From Carcharhinus amblyrhynchos (lineage: Eukaryota): DNA of 64,000 nt. Under the pieces are notes generated by a model that was not told the origin of the DNA, did no database searches, and was given only the letters and a program-made list of their open reading frames with translations. A program made the position numbers and the translations under genes. This document shows positions 12,640-24,322 of this stretch, piece after piece. Location of the stretch: contig OZ336877.1 in assembly GCA_965287045.1 (NCBI GenBank), positions 80,786,001 to 80,850,000 on the forward strand, written 5' to 3'. Position 1 is the first letter of the stretch. Each line of letters opens with the position of its first letter.

Positions 12640-13305
12640 CATGGGATGCAGGATGCTGGCCTTCATCGCGAGGGGGATTAAATATAAAAATAGGGAGGTC
12701 TTGCTGCAGCTGTATAGGGCATTGGTGAGGCCGCAGCTGGAGTACTGTGTGCAGTTTTGGGCGCCGTACTTACGCAAGGATATTTTAGCCTTGGAGGGAG
12801 TGCAGAGGAGGTTTACTAGGCTGATGCCGGAGTTGAGGGGGTTGAGCTATGAGGAGAGGCTGAATAGATTAGGCTTGTACTCGTTAGAGTTTAGAAGAAT
12901 GAGGGGAGATCTCATTGAGACGTATAAGATGATGAATGGGATGGATAGGATAGAGGTGGAGAGACTCTTCCCGCTCAGAAAGGATAGCAGGACTAGGGGG
13001 CACAGCCTCAAGATAAAGGGGGGGCGGTTTAGAACAGAGTTGAGGAGGAACTTCTTCACTCAAAGGGTGGTGAATCTCTGGAATTCTCTGCCCGTTGAAG
13101 TGGTGGAGGCTACCTCGCTAAATATTTTTAAGACGCGGGTTGATGGGTTTTTGATAAGAGAGGGGATTAAGGGTTATGGGGAGAGGGCGGGAATGTGGAA
13201 CTGAGCCACGACAGATCAGCCATGATCTTATTGAATGGCGGGGCAGGCTCGAAGGGCTAGTTGGCCTACTCCTGCTCCTATTTCTTATGTTCTTATTATG
13301 TTCTT
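12640..13305 (+). mobile_element. Young 5'-truncated CR1 LINE: uninterrupted ORF2 C-terminus and 3'UTR
   Basis: ORF 12605-13204 (LYRALVRPQLEYCVQFW..LEGVQRRFT..RNFFTQRVVNLWNSLP); (ttcttatg)n tail; CpGs retained. Confidence 0.95.
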
Positions 13306-13329
13306 AAACAGGCCATATCAGAACTGAAA

Positions 13330-13740
13330 AGATGCATCAATTGGGAAAGATTGGACAATTTGAGTGGCTGGGAAAAGTCAAAGGAGACTTGATAGAAGTC
13401 CTTAAATTACAAATCAGTTTGGTACAAGATTTGTAGAGAAATTGTCTCCACAAGTGGGGGAACCAGAACAGGGGGCCATAAATGTAAGATAACCACGAAG
13501 AGATAATAAGGAATTTAGATGGAATGTCTTTACACAGAGTTCAGTGAAAATGTTGAATTATTGTCACATTGAAGCTGACAGCACTGACACTTTCAAGGAG
13601 ATTGATGACGTGTGTGAAAGAAAATATAATAGCGAGATACGAGGGCTAGAAAGAGACATTTAAAAGGCTTGTGCTGAGTCAAAAACCAGTTGGGACAAAT
13701 GACCTATTTCTGTGCTGTAGATGCTATGTAATTCTATATA
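13330..13740 (+). mobile_element. Old degenerate CR1 3' fragment
   Basis: ggagacttgatagaagtc and ctttacacagagt motifs, with a tctgtgctgta..ctat tail. Confidence 0.6.
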
Positions 13741-13939
13741 TAATTAGAAATAGTTAAATTTTATTGGTAAGCTTGAGAATCTGGTCCAGTGAACTGTTAA
13801 CATTCACTACATTCTCCCTCTGAACCTAATGTGTTAGGATTTAGCAGAAACACAGATTAATGTGGAAGTCCTGAAGTTGCTGTATCTCATTAGTTGATTC
13901 TTTTCAGGCTTTGCTGAGGATCGACCCTCCTTCTCAAGA

Positions 13940-14269
13940 AGGCATTTGCCAATGTCCCACATGGCAGACTGGTACAAAAATTCAAATCACATGGAATTTG
14001 GAATGAACTGACTAGATGAATACAGGAACAGCTAGATCATAGAAGACAGAGAGTAGCGGTGGAAGGGTACTTTTCAGAATGGAGATCATTAGCTAGTGGT
14101 GTTCTGCAGGGATCAATGCTGGGACTTCTCTTGTTTGTAGTACATATAAATGATCTGAAATGTGGGTGGTTGGTTAGTAAGTTTGCAGATGACACGAAAA
14201 TTGGTGGCGTTGCTGATAGTGCTGGGGATTGTCAAAGGATCCAACAGGATAAAGATAGATTGGAGATTT
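13940..14269 (+). mobile_element. CR1 reverse-transcriptase fragment
   Basis: SGVLQGSMLG..INDL..SKFADDTKIGG in ORF 14059-14403. Confidence 0.85.
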
Positions 14270-14985
14270 GGGCCGCGATTCTCCCCAAAGTGCTGAACTG
14301 GTGGGAGAACTGTTCTAAATCCCGACTGTTTTCTCAGTTCAGCTTCTCACCAGAATCTCTTCACTCTGTGCACTTCAGAGGTTCCAGTCGGGAATTTCAT
14401 TAAAAACCTGGTGAGTGTGGGGCCGATTTGCACCGGAGTCTAACAGTTCTGGAACCCTGTGCATGCACAGATGCCCCCATCTCTCAGTCGCCCCGTTTGC
14501 TGGCCAGCTCGATCATTGGTCAGCCTGGGAGCCCCGAAGTGCTGCCCCTCCAGCACCCCCCAAGGCCAGATCACGGCCCCCAGAGTAATTCCTGGACCAG
14601 CCCTGACCACCCCCACCCAGGGGCATCCCGATGTACAGCCCACCCCCATCCCCCCACCCCACCCCCAGCAGTGGCGAACCCCCCTTCCCCCTCACCCTGG
14701 CTGACCACCCTCTCTGTTAACTCCTCCTTGGGGTCATACCCTTCCCAGAGGCAGCACCCCGGCATACCACCCCTCCCCCCACCCCCCAGCCTGCCCCAAT
14801 TGCTGCCCTCTCTCCATTCTAGACTGATTCTTTCTGCAGAGTGGCAGTGGGACCCTCCACCCCCACCCGATCATCCCTAGGCCCTGCCCACAACAGGCCC
14901 TGCCCCTTGGCATTGCCCAATGCCTGGTGGGATGTGCCAAGGTGCCTACTGGGCATGGGCACTTTGCCTTTTGGGCAGTGCCAGG
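14270..14985. mobile_element. GC-rich non-autonomous Harbinger-like element, partial
   Basis: Starts gggccgcgattctcc; C-rich core with ggcattgccca/gcagtgcca motifs shared with 21650-22680. Confidence 0.6.
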
Positions 14986-15224
14986 GAAATGAGGAAAATC
15001 TTTTCACGCAGACATTTGTGAGTCTGTTGAATTATTTTACCCAGAGTGTGGTGGAGACAGCCATTTAATATTTTTAAGGCGATGGTGGGTAGATTCTTCA
15101 CTAACAAGTGAGTCAAAGGGTATGGAGGTAGGCAGCAAAATGACTTTGAGGACACAATCCGATCAGACATGGACCGGGATGCTTCCAAAACAAAAGTTAC
15201 AGCCAACAGGTGGGAAAACTGGAG

Positions 15225-18050
15225 AATCATGGAATCATAGAAAAACTACAGCACAAACAGGCCATTCGGCCCACAAGTTGTGCCAATCATCATATCTCTA
15301 CCTACTAGGCTTACCTATAACCCGCAATCCTATTAAGTCCCATGTACTCATCCAGAAGTCTGTTAAAATATCCTATCGAATTTGCCTCCACCATCACCGA
15401 CGGCAGCCAATTCCACTCACCCACCACCCTCTGAGTGAAAAACTTATCCCTGACATCTCCTCTGTACCTACTCCCCAGCACCTTAAACCTGTGTCCTCTT
15501 GTGGCAGCCATTTCAGCCCTGGGAAAAGCCTCTGAGAATCCACCTGATCAATACCTCTCAACATCTTATACACCTCTATCAGGTTCCCTCTCATCCTTCG
15601 TCTCTCCAAGGAGAAAAGACCAAGCTCTCTCAACCTATCCTCATAAGGCATGCCACCCAATCGAGGTAACATCCTTGTAAATCTCCTTTGCACCCTTTCA
15701 ATGGCTTCCACATCCTTCCTGTAATGAGGTGACCAGAACTGAGCACAGTACTCCAAGTGGGGTCTGACCAGGGTCTTATACAGCTGCAGCATTATCTCCC
15801 GACTCCTAAACTCAATTTCTCGATTGATGAGGGCCAGTACGCCATATGCCTTCTTAACCACATCCTCTACCTGTGAAGCCGATTTGAGGGTCCTATGAAC
15901 CCGGACCCCAAGACCCTTCTGATCTTCCACACTGCTAAGAGTCTTACCCTTAATATTATATTCCTTCATCCCATTGCACCTGCCGAAATGTACCACTACA
16001 CATTTATCCAGGTTGAAGTCCATCTGCCACTTCTCCGCCCAGTCTTGCATCCTATCTATGTCACGCTGCAACTTCTGACATCCCTCCAAACTATCCACAA
16101 CACTTCCAATCTTCATGTCATTGGCAAACTTACCAATCCATCCCTCCACTTCCTCATCCAGGTCATTTATAAAAATCACAAAAGCACGGGTCCTAGAACA
16201 GATCCCTGGGGCATTCCACTGGTTACTGACCACCATGCAGAAAAAGACCCATCTACAACCACTCTCTGCCTTCTGCGGACAAGCCAGTTCTGGATCCACA
16301 AAGCAACATCCCCTTTGATCCCATGTCCCCTCACTCTCCCAATAAGCCTTGCATGGGGGATCTTATCAAATGCCTTGCTGAAGTCCATATAAACCACATC
16401 CACCACTCTTCCTTTGTCAATGTGTTTAGTTACATTTTCAAAAAACTCAACCAGGCTCATAAGGCACGATTTGCCTTTAACAAAGCCGTGCTGACTACTC
16501 TTGATCATACTATACTTCTCTAAATGTTCATAAATCCTGCCTCTTAGGATCTTTTCCATCAACTTACCAACCACTGAGGTTAGACTCACCGGTCAGTAAT
16601 TTCCTGGGCCATCCCTATTCCCTTTCTTGAATATAGGAACCACATCCGCAATCCTCCAATCCTTCGGAACCTCTCCCCTCTCCATCAATGATGCAAAGAT
16701 CATTGCCAGAGGCTCTGCAATCTCTTCCCTCACCTCCCACAGTAACCTGGGGTACATCCCATCCGGTCCCAGTGATTTATCGATCTTGATGCTATTCAAA
16801 AGCTCCAACACATCCTCTTTCTTAATGTCCACATACTCAAGCTTTTCAGTCTGCTGCAAGCCTGCACTACAACCTCCAAGATCTTTTTCCACCGTGAATA
16901 CCGAAGTAAAGTATTCGTTAAGCACTTCTGCTATTTCTACCGGTTCTATACAAACTTTCCCACCTTTACATTTTATAGGTTCTATTCCTTCACATCTTAT
17001 CCATCTGCTCTTCACATATTTGTAGAACGTCTTAGGGTTTTCCTTAATCTTACCTGCCAAGGCCTTCTCATGACCCCTCTGGCTCTCCTAATTTCCTTAA
17101 CTTCCTTCCTACAAGCCGAATACTCCTCTAGATTCCTAAGATTACCTAGCTCCCTGAATCTTTTGTATGCTTTTCTTCTCTTTTTGACAAGATTTGTTAC
17201 AACTTTCATGCACCACAGTTCCTGTAAGCTACCATAACCTCCCTGTCTCATCGGAACGTTGTCATGCAGATCTCCAGACAAACATTCTTTGAAAATCTGC
17301 CACCTTACTTTGGTACATTTCCCTGAGAATACCTCCTTCCAATTTACGTCTCTAATTTCCTGCCTGATGGCTTCATATTTCCCCTTACTCCAGATAAACA
17401 CTTTCCTAGCTTGCCTGATCCTATCTCTTTCCAATGCTAGTGTAAAGGAGATAGAGTTATGATCACTGTCCCCAAGATGGTCTCCCACTGAGAGATCTGA
17501 CACCTGTCCAGGTTCATTACCCAATACCAGATTGAGCACAGCCTCTCCTCTTGTAGGCTTATCCACATACTGTGTCAGGAAACACTCCTGAACACACCTA
17601 ACAAACTCCTCCCCATCCAAACCCCTTACCCTAGGGATATTCCAGTCGATGTTCGGGAAATTAAAGTCTCCCATCATGACAACTCTGTTATTTTTACATC
17701 TCTCCAGGATCTGTTTCCCTATCTGCTCCTCAACAACCCTGTTACTATTAGGCGGCCTATAGAAAATGCCCAGTAAAGTTATTGACCCCTTCCTGTTCCG
17801 AACTTCCACTCACAGAGACTCCGTAGATAATCCCTTCACGGCATCCACCTTCTTTACAGCCGTGACACTAGCCCTGATCAATGGTGCCACTCCCCCACCT
17901 CTTTTGCCTCCCTCCCTGTCCCTCCCGAAACATCTGAAACCCGGCACTTGAAGTACCCAGTCCTGTTCCTGAGACATCCAAGTCTCTGTAATGGTCACCA
18001 CATCACATTCCCAAGCAGCGATCCACGCTCTAAGCTCATCCACTTTGTTC
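15225..18050 (-). mobile_element. CR1 LINE with nearly complete, frameshifted ORF2 (APE endonuclease and RT)
   Basis: ORF pieces ITETW, GIFYRPPNS, MGDFNFPNIDW, SDHN, DFSKAFD, PQGSVLGP, FANDMK and LVRPHLEYC; 3' tail near 15225-15240. Confidence 0.95.
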
Positions 18051-18165
18051 TCAAAGTTTCCTGCTAGTTTTTGAGATACTTACTTGAATGAATCTCCAAC
18101 ATTGAGCATTGCAGAGTGTCACAGACTCATTCACACTGGAAAGTAGGGTGCAGGGCCTATTCCCG

Positions 18166-18551
18166 ATGTGGGTATGCCGGCGTTGGACTGGCGTAAACAC
18201 AGTAAAAAGTCTGACAACACCAGGTTTTAGTCCAACCTATTTATTTGATAATATTCTCACAAGCTTTCGAGGGGTTACCCTCTTCGTCAGGTGAATGGAG
18301 AGTTCTGGCCTCAGACAGAGCATATAAAGCACAGACAGTTTAGAGATTACTGATTAAAATGCGAATCCTTACACCTAACCTGCTGTTCAAGACCTGAAGT
18401 GGCTGACAATGTGAGTGGTAGGAGCACTGATCACAGTTTAAAGAGATGTGTATTGTCTCCAGACAGTACAGTAAGTGAGGTTTTGCAAACCCAGGCAAGT
18501 CACGGGGGTTACAAATAGTGCGACATAATAGTTACAGATAGTGCGACAGAT
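18166..18551 (-). mobile_element. Solo Penelope family-1 terminal repeat
   Basis: Reverse complement of 3395-3590 plus 4046-4168; 14-bp TSD agggcctattcccg at 18152-18165 and 18552-18565. Confidence 0.9.
18256..18295 (-). ncRNA. Minimal hammerhead ribozyme, intact core
   Basis: Minus strand reads uucac-CUGACGA-A-GAGGG(uaac)CCCUC-GAAA-GC-UU-gugag. Confidence 0.8.
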
Positions 18552-18945
18552 AGGGCCTATTCCCGCCAGAGAGGTCGCCAACATAGTGCTGAGCAGGCCA
18601 CTGTGCAAGTATCAATCTGTCAGTTTGTAAATTGGCGCCTGTGCACAGCAACACCTCCCACTCCCCACCACCAACGGCTGGGCTCCAGATTGTTGGCCTG
18701 TGATTGCTAACCTTCCCCAGAACCCCCGATCACTAGTCTTCCCAACCACCCCCTCCACCCCCCGATTGGCTTACAGAACATCCCCCCCATCCCCCACCCA
18801 ATCCACGCGCTCCTGGGTCAGCTCTGATCTCCCCAATCTCTGAGTGAGCCCCGGCCACCCATCTCTCAGTGGCCAACTCTGACCTCATGCTCCCCCCCAC
18901 CGATGACCAGGCCCAACTATACCCCTCCACCCCATGGCCAGCCCT

Positions 18946-19997
18946 GAACAAAGAACAAAGCACAAAGAAAATTACAGCAACGGAACAGGCCCTTTGGCCC
19001 TCCAAGCCTGCATCGACCATTCTGTCTGACTTAACTAAAACCCCCTACCCTTCCAGGGACCATATCCCTCTATTATCATCTCATTCATGTACTTGTCAAG
19101 ATGCCCCTTAATAGTCACTATCTTATTCGCTTCCATTACTTCCCTCAGCAACGAGTTCCAGGCACCCAATATTCTCTGTGTAAAAAAAAATCTGCCCCAT
19201 AAATCTCTTTTAAACCTTGCTTCTCGCACCTTAAACTTATGCCCCCTAGTAATTGACTCTTCCACCCTGGGAAAAAGCTTCTGACTATCCATTCTGTCCA
19301 TACCTCTCATAATCTTGTAGACTTCTATCAGGTCTTCCCTCAACCTCTGTTGCTTCAGTGAGAACAAAACAAGTTTCTCCAACCTCTCCTCATAGCTAAT
19401 ACCCACCATACCAGGCAACATCCTGGTAAACATTTTCTGTACCCCCTCCAAAGCCTCCACATCCTTCTGGTAGTGTGGCGACCAGAATTGAACACTATAT
19501 TCCAAGTGTGGCCTAACTAACGTTTGATAAATCTGCAACATGACTTGCCAATTTTTAAACTCAATACCCCGGCCGATGAAGGCAAGCATGCTGCATGCCT
19601 TCTTGACTATTTTCTCCACCTGCATTTTCACTTTCAATGACCTGGGTACCTGTATACCCAGATCTCTTTGCCTATCAATACTCTAAAGGGTATTTCTGCC
19701 ATATACCGTATATTTCCTTTCTGTATGAGACCTTCCAAAATGCATTACCTCACATTTGTCCGGATTAAACTCTATCTGCCATCTTTCCGCCCAAGTCTCC
19801 AACTGATCTATATCCTGCTGTAGCCTCTGATGCTCCGCAAATCCACCAACCTTTGTGTCGTCCGCAAACTTACTAATCAATCCAGTTACATTTTCCTCCA
19901 AGTCATTTATATATTATGAACAGCAAAGGTCCCAGCACTGATCTTTGAGGAAAGCCACTTGTCACAGCCCTCCATTCAGAAATGCACTCTTCCACTG
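18946..19997 (-). mobile_element. CR1 LINE 3' fragment with (gaacaaa)n tail
   Basis: ORFs 19035-19637 and 19683-19901 (SKFADDTK, LVRPHLEY). Confidence 0.9.
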
Positions 19998-21649
19998 CTG
20001 ATTGCCTTCCTGATTGACTTCTCCTTCCTTCTCCCATTGATCCCACTTGTAGAGTGGCAGGGGTGCTTCCTACTACCGTTTGTCCCTAAATAGACCCACC
20101 AGAATGCTCTGCCCCCTTGGCAGTGCCAAGGTGTCTGGTAGGCAGTGTCAGTTTGCCCTTGAGCAGTGTCAGGGTGCCAGGCTGGCACAGTCCAAGGAGA
20201 ACTCTCTTGCTCCTGACCTCTCTGGGTGGGAATGGGAGTGGGCTCAATGACCTCTGTCCCACAAGGGGTGGGGTGAGCGTGCCTATTCCCCTTTAGTCAG
20301 GAGCTATTGTGAACCCAGCTGGTGGGCGCCACTCCTGGCAGAGGAGAGAGACGCTAGTGCGCCAGAGAATAGATTCTGGGTCCTGCTAATAATGTTGAAA
20401 TTCAAATTTCAATATGCTAATCAGCTCCGTGTGAATTCTGGCTCGGAGCTAATTACTCTGAAGAAAAATGCCTTGGAGACTCATGCCCTACTGATGTGTC
20501 CTGGCCCGCTCGCTGGGAGAACCCCAGCCATGATTTTATTGAATGATGGAGCAGGCCTCAGGTGTTGAACGGTCAACTTTTGCTTCTAATTCTAATATTC
20601 GTATTGACTTAGTATCTCAGCTACATCTTCTGTTTCCATATATAGATTCTATTTTTGGTTCCGAATTAGCCCCACCTCCCCCTTACACACTTTTACCATT
20701 TATATGCTGATATCTCTGTTACTTGTATACTGCTCAAATTATCTTCTATCTCTTTCATTGGCCAGGAAGGCAGTAGCTATGTTTTCTCAACTGTTGCCTC
20801 TTGTGGGAATTGACTTGACTCTACCCAAAACATCTTCTCTTTAAAGGCAACCCATTCTTTCAATAGTGCTTTGCCTGTCAATCTTTCCCCAGATTTCTGT
20901 TCTTGGGTTGTGTTCACTGTTTATGGAGATTTCCTGGCTCAATGAACATGATAATTAAAAGTGGCTGCCTGTAGATGGGATTTTCAAAAGGGGGAAGCTG
21001 AAAAAGGAGTCAGGGAAAGCGGCTGAGGAATTGAGGCTGATTGGGTGCAAGGCCTGCCTTTGTGCCCCAGTGTTTAAATAAGGAATAATAATAAACAAAA
21101 GTATCCCTCCAGGTCTCATCCTTTCCCCCTCTCTGCCACTCTTCTCATGTCCTATTTATGCCACGACTCCAACATCAATATGCCGGCTTACTGGCTTCTC
21201 CATCCACTCCCATTGCCCCAATACACCCATGCCAATGTAATGTCCTCTATCCAAATCCAATGCCCCCAAAGCTCCAACTCATGTTAACTTCATGCCTCCA
21301 GCACCCTCCATGGCCGTTCTTGCTCCATACCAACTCACCTAGTATCCACAGACAATTCCTTAATAGGTTTCTCATTCCCTGGTAAATTTTGCAAGTTTGA
21401 AACTTCCTGGATAGCATTGGCAGCTTTGATAGATTTGACACTTCCTAGATAGCTCAATCAGATTTGGACAGCTCCTCAACATTTACATGGCAGCTGGACA
21501 TTTCCTTGACAGTTCAACAATCCCTGCGTAGTTGGAAACCTCTTTTACAGCTTGACAGTTTCAATGAGTTTGTACATAAACAGTGCATAATCTTGTTCAC
21601 ATTTAACAATCGCATTCTCCCATCCTGCTGCACTAACGTTTTAGCGCAG

Positions 21650-22680
21650 TGGGCTGGTATATTTCAGCGGGGCTGGATTAGCATGATCTATGCTGTGTGT
21701 CCGACCCTGAATGCATCTCCCAGCACTGGATTTCTGGCGCCATCAGTTCCGGGCTGGAAACAGGAACGGAGCTGCATTACCTATCAAAGAGGACATTGCA
21801 ATATAATTTAAATACAATTCGCAGGCCTGGAGACTTCAGACCTGGATCTGCTAGCCTCTCTGCCCCCGCCAGGAGTATTTCACTCCAGTGGGGTTTACAG
21901 TACTCCCTACTTATTGGCCCGATCCCGCTGGAGTGAAGGGGGAACAAGTGGGGCCCTCTAGAGGATTTGATGATGGGGGTGCTGCCTGGGCATTGGCATG
22001 TTGACAATGCCAGCTTGGCCCCTTGCCACTGCCCAATGGGCAAAGTGCCAATGCCCATGAAGCATCTTGGCATTGCCCACTGGCATGGGGCAGTGCCAGG
22101 TGGGTGGTGCCCAATGGGCTGGGGTCTAAGGGGGCAGGGCCTCTGGTTAATTGGTGGGGGTGGGAAGTCCAGCTGCCACTCTGCAGTTGGGATCTGTGGG
22201 GAAGGGAGGGAAGACTGCTTGGTCGGGGGCATGTCTGGTCTGCAGGACGGGCTGGCACTGTGCAGAGGGTCAGGACTCTGGAGGGGTGGCAGGTGGGGGG
22301 GATCAGGAGAGCGGAGCTCGGGGGGGAGAGTCGAGGCTGGGCCTGGGCATGTTTGGGAGGCCAGCATTTGTGCCATGGGGGGGGGGACCAGAGGGCTGGC
22401 ATTGCGGGGATCGGGGGGCTGGCCAGCAATCAGGAGACTGGCAGACAGGGGTCTCTGCGCATGCAGCAATCTCAGAACGACAGGTCGGTGCATACAGAGT
22501 GGCCCATTCAGTGCTACGCTGCCAACCTCCCAGGCAGGACGAGACCCTGCCCATAGATTTCTAACATAATTTATGCTAGTGCACTCTGCAGTGCACAGAC
22601 TGTGGGAAATTCTTCACTGAATTTCTACTGAAAAAAAACAGTGTGATTTACTCCAGTTTTCTTGTGAATCTGACAATTGC
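21650..22680. mobile_element. GC-rich ~1 kb non-autonomous Harbinger-like element
   Basis: Collinear with 57742-58875; the overlapping P/G-rich ORFs are GC artefacts. Confidence 0.6.
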
Positions 22681-23370
22681 CTCTCTGAAGAAACATCCTG
22701 CCTATTCACAAGAATCTATCATATTCAGACCTCCTCTTACCCAGTTGGATCTGCACATTCCATATTCCACACTCCTGGCCTTCCAAAATCCCACTTCAGT
22801 GGAGGCAGCTGGTGGTTTAAATGGCTGGCTGTTTCTGGCCTGACTTCAGTCCCACCTCTAAGAAGATGGGAAGTGCTAGCTTTGGAGTGGGATTTAGGAT
22901 TTTAGGCCATTTCCAGGATTTTTACAATGATGGAAAAGATCCTGTCCTTTGGTTCCAGTTTACCGTGGACGGATCTGTTCTCATTGAAATTGGCCCTCCT
23001 TCAATTATTTTTACTCCAAATTTTCCTTGTTCTTTTCCATAGCTAACCTCAACATTATGATCATATAATCACTGCATAGTAGAATATTCTCTTTCCCCCT
23101 TTATAGAAATAGCATATTAATAATTGAGTGGAAAATATAGTATATTTTAATCCAATTTATAACCTTTTATACAAAAATGAAAATGGACTTTTGTTAAAAC
23201 GTCAAGATGGGTTAGCTCAGTTTAGTAGAATATAATGCAAAATAATAGTAACAGCATTGCATTCACTCCCTGCTCTGGTACTTGGGGTTTGCCTTCTGCC
23301 TTGCCTCATTGTGATATCATGGCATAAGGCATGATTAGCAATCCTCAGACAGGATGCCAAATATAAATAT

Positions 23371-23505
23371 AGGACGGAATTTTTCTGTCCCACCTGCCAT
23401 GGGAATCATAATGGCTGGGGCAGGACCATGCCAAGGTTTGTTGACTTTGGCTAGGATTATCCAGTCTTGGGGCAAATGTGGCCCAAGAGAGAAAGGGAAA
23501 ATTAA
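23371..23505. mobile_element. Short MITE
   Basis: ggacggaattttt..gtcccacc.gccatgggaatc; reverse sibling at 57024-57166. Confidence 0.5.
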
Positions 23506-24295
23506 AATGTCAACGCCATCAATTTTTAAAAAATCTTATGAAGCTCATTTTAAACATACTTAATAATTGTGAGTGACCACAAATACATATTGAAGCTGCA
23601 AGTCTTGAAATCTTTGTTCATAGCTATTGTGATGGTTCAATATAATTTGGACTACCAAGGAACAAGCCATCAGGGATATAATTTTAAAAAGTCAACATTG
23701 CAGGCTATGTGGGAAGAGCTAAAATAGATTGACAGAAATAATAATTTATTACTACCTCAATACAGAATAAATGGATCATCTTGAAAGACATACAAACCAA
23801 CACAACATATTTCATTAAACTAGTATGGGTGTAGTCACAAAAAATGACCTTAAATGCATCAATAAGACAATTAATTGTAGACTAAGGAAGAAAAAGAAAC
23901 TTAATCAACAAATGCTGATTGGAAAACTTCCAAAGTATTCAAAAGGATGGTGGGATGTGTGTAAGGGCGAATGAATCTGATTATAGCTGCAGACAATAAC
24001 AATAATTTCTTCCAGTTCTACTAAGCAAGTTAACAGCCCGGTAAGAAATGAGAGTATAAAGGAAGATGACAATGAAAATTAAAAGGATGAAGAGAATATA
24101 CTTAATATATAGGCAGTTGATAAGTTTTTGACATAATTGCAATGTGAGGCGATCAAATCTTCAGAAATACGGTCAACTTGGCATTGTTATGAGTATGTGC
24201 TGTTTTAAAATTTCATTTCTTTTCTTTTGTTATGCAGTCTTTCTCTGAATGCTTTTCACTATTCTTTCTTTCCATTTGTCCTTTGCATTTTTCAG

Positions 24296-24322
24296 GAGAC
24301 GGATAAAGGGGGATATTGTAAG
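24296..24322 (+). CDS. Candidate micro-exon or terminal-exon start of an unidentified gene
   Basis: ~70-nt polypyrimidine tract ending ttttcag; possible donors at ATT|gtaagg (24317) or AAG|gtacag (24322). Confidence 0.25.

Larger units (their letters stand above)
18055..20530. mobile_element. Non-autonomous Harbinger-like element interrupted by a Penelope repeat (18166-18551) and a CR1 (18946-19997)
   Basis: The pieces match the reverse complement of 57742-58875 (gggcctattcc, agagagg.cg, catagtgct). Confidence 0.55.

Noticed and set aside
21777-22569. Overlapping 170-240 aa ORFs (also 14428-14880 and 58213-58744)
   Set aside because: Pro/Gly-rich products of GC-rich non-autonomous repeats, open in several frames and not conserved between copies.
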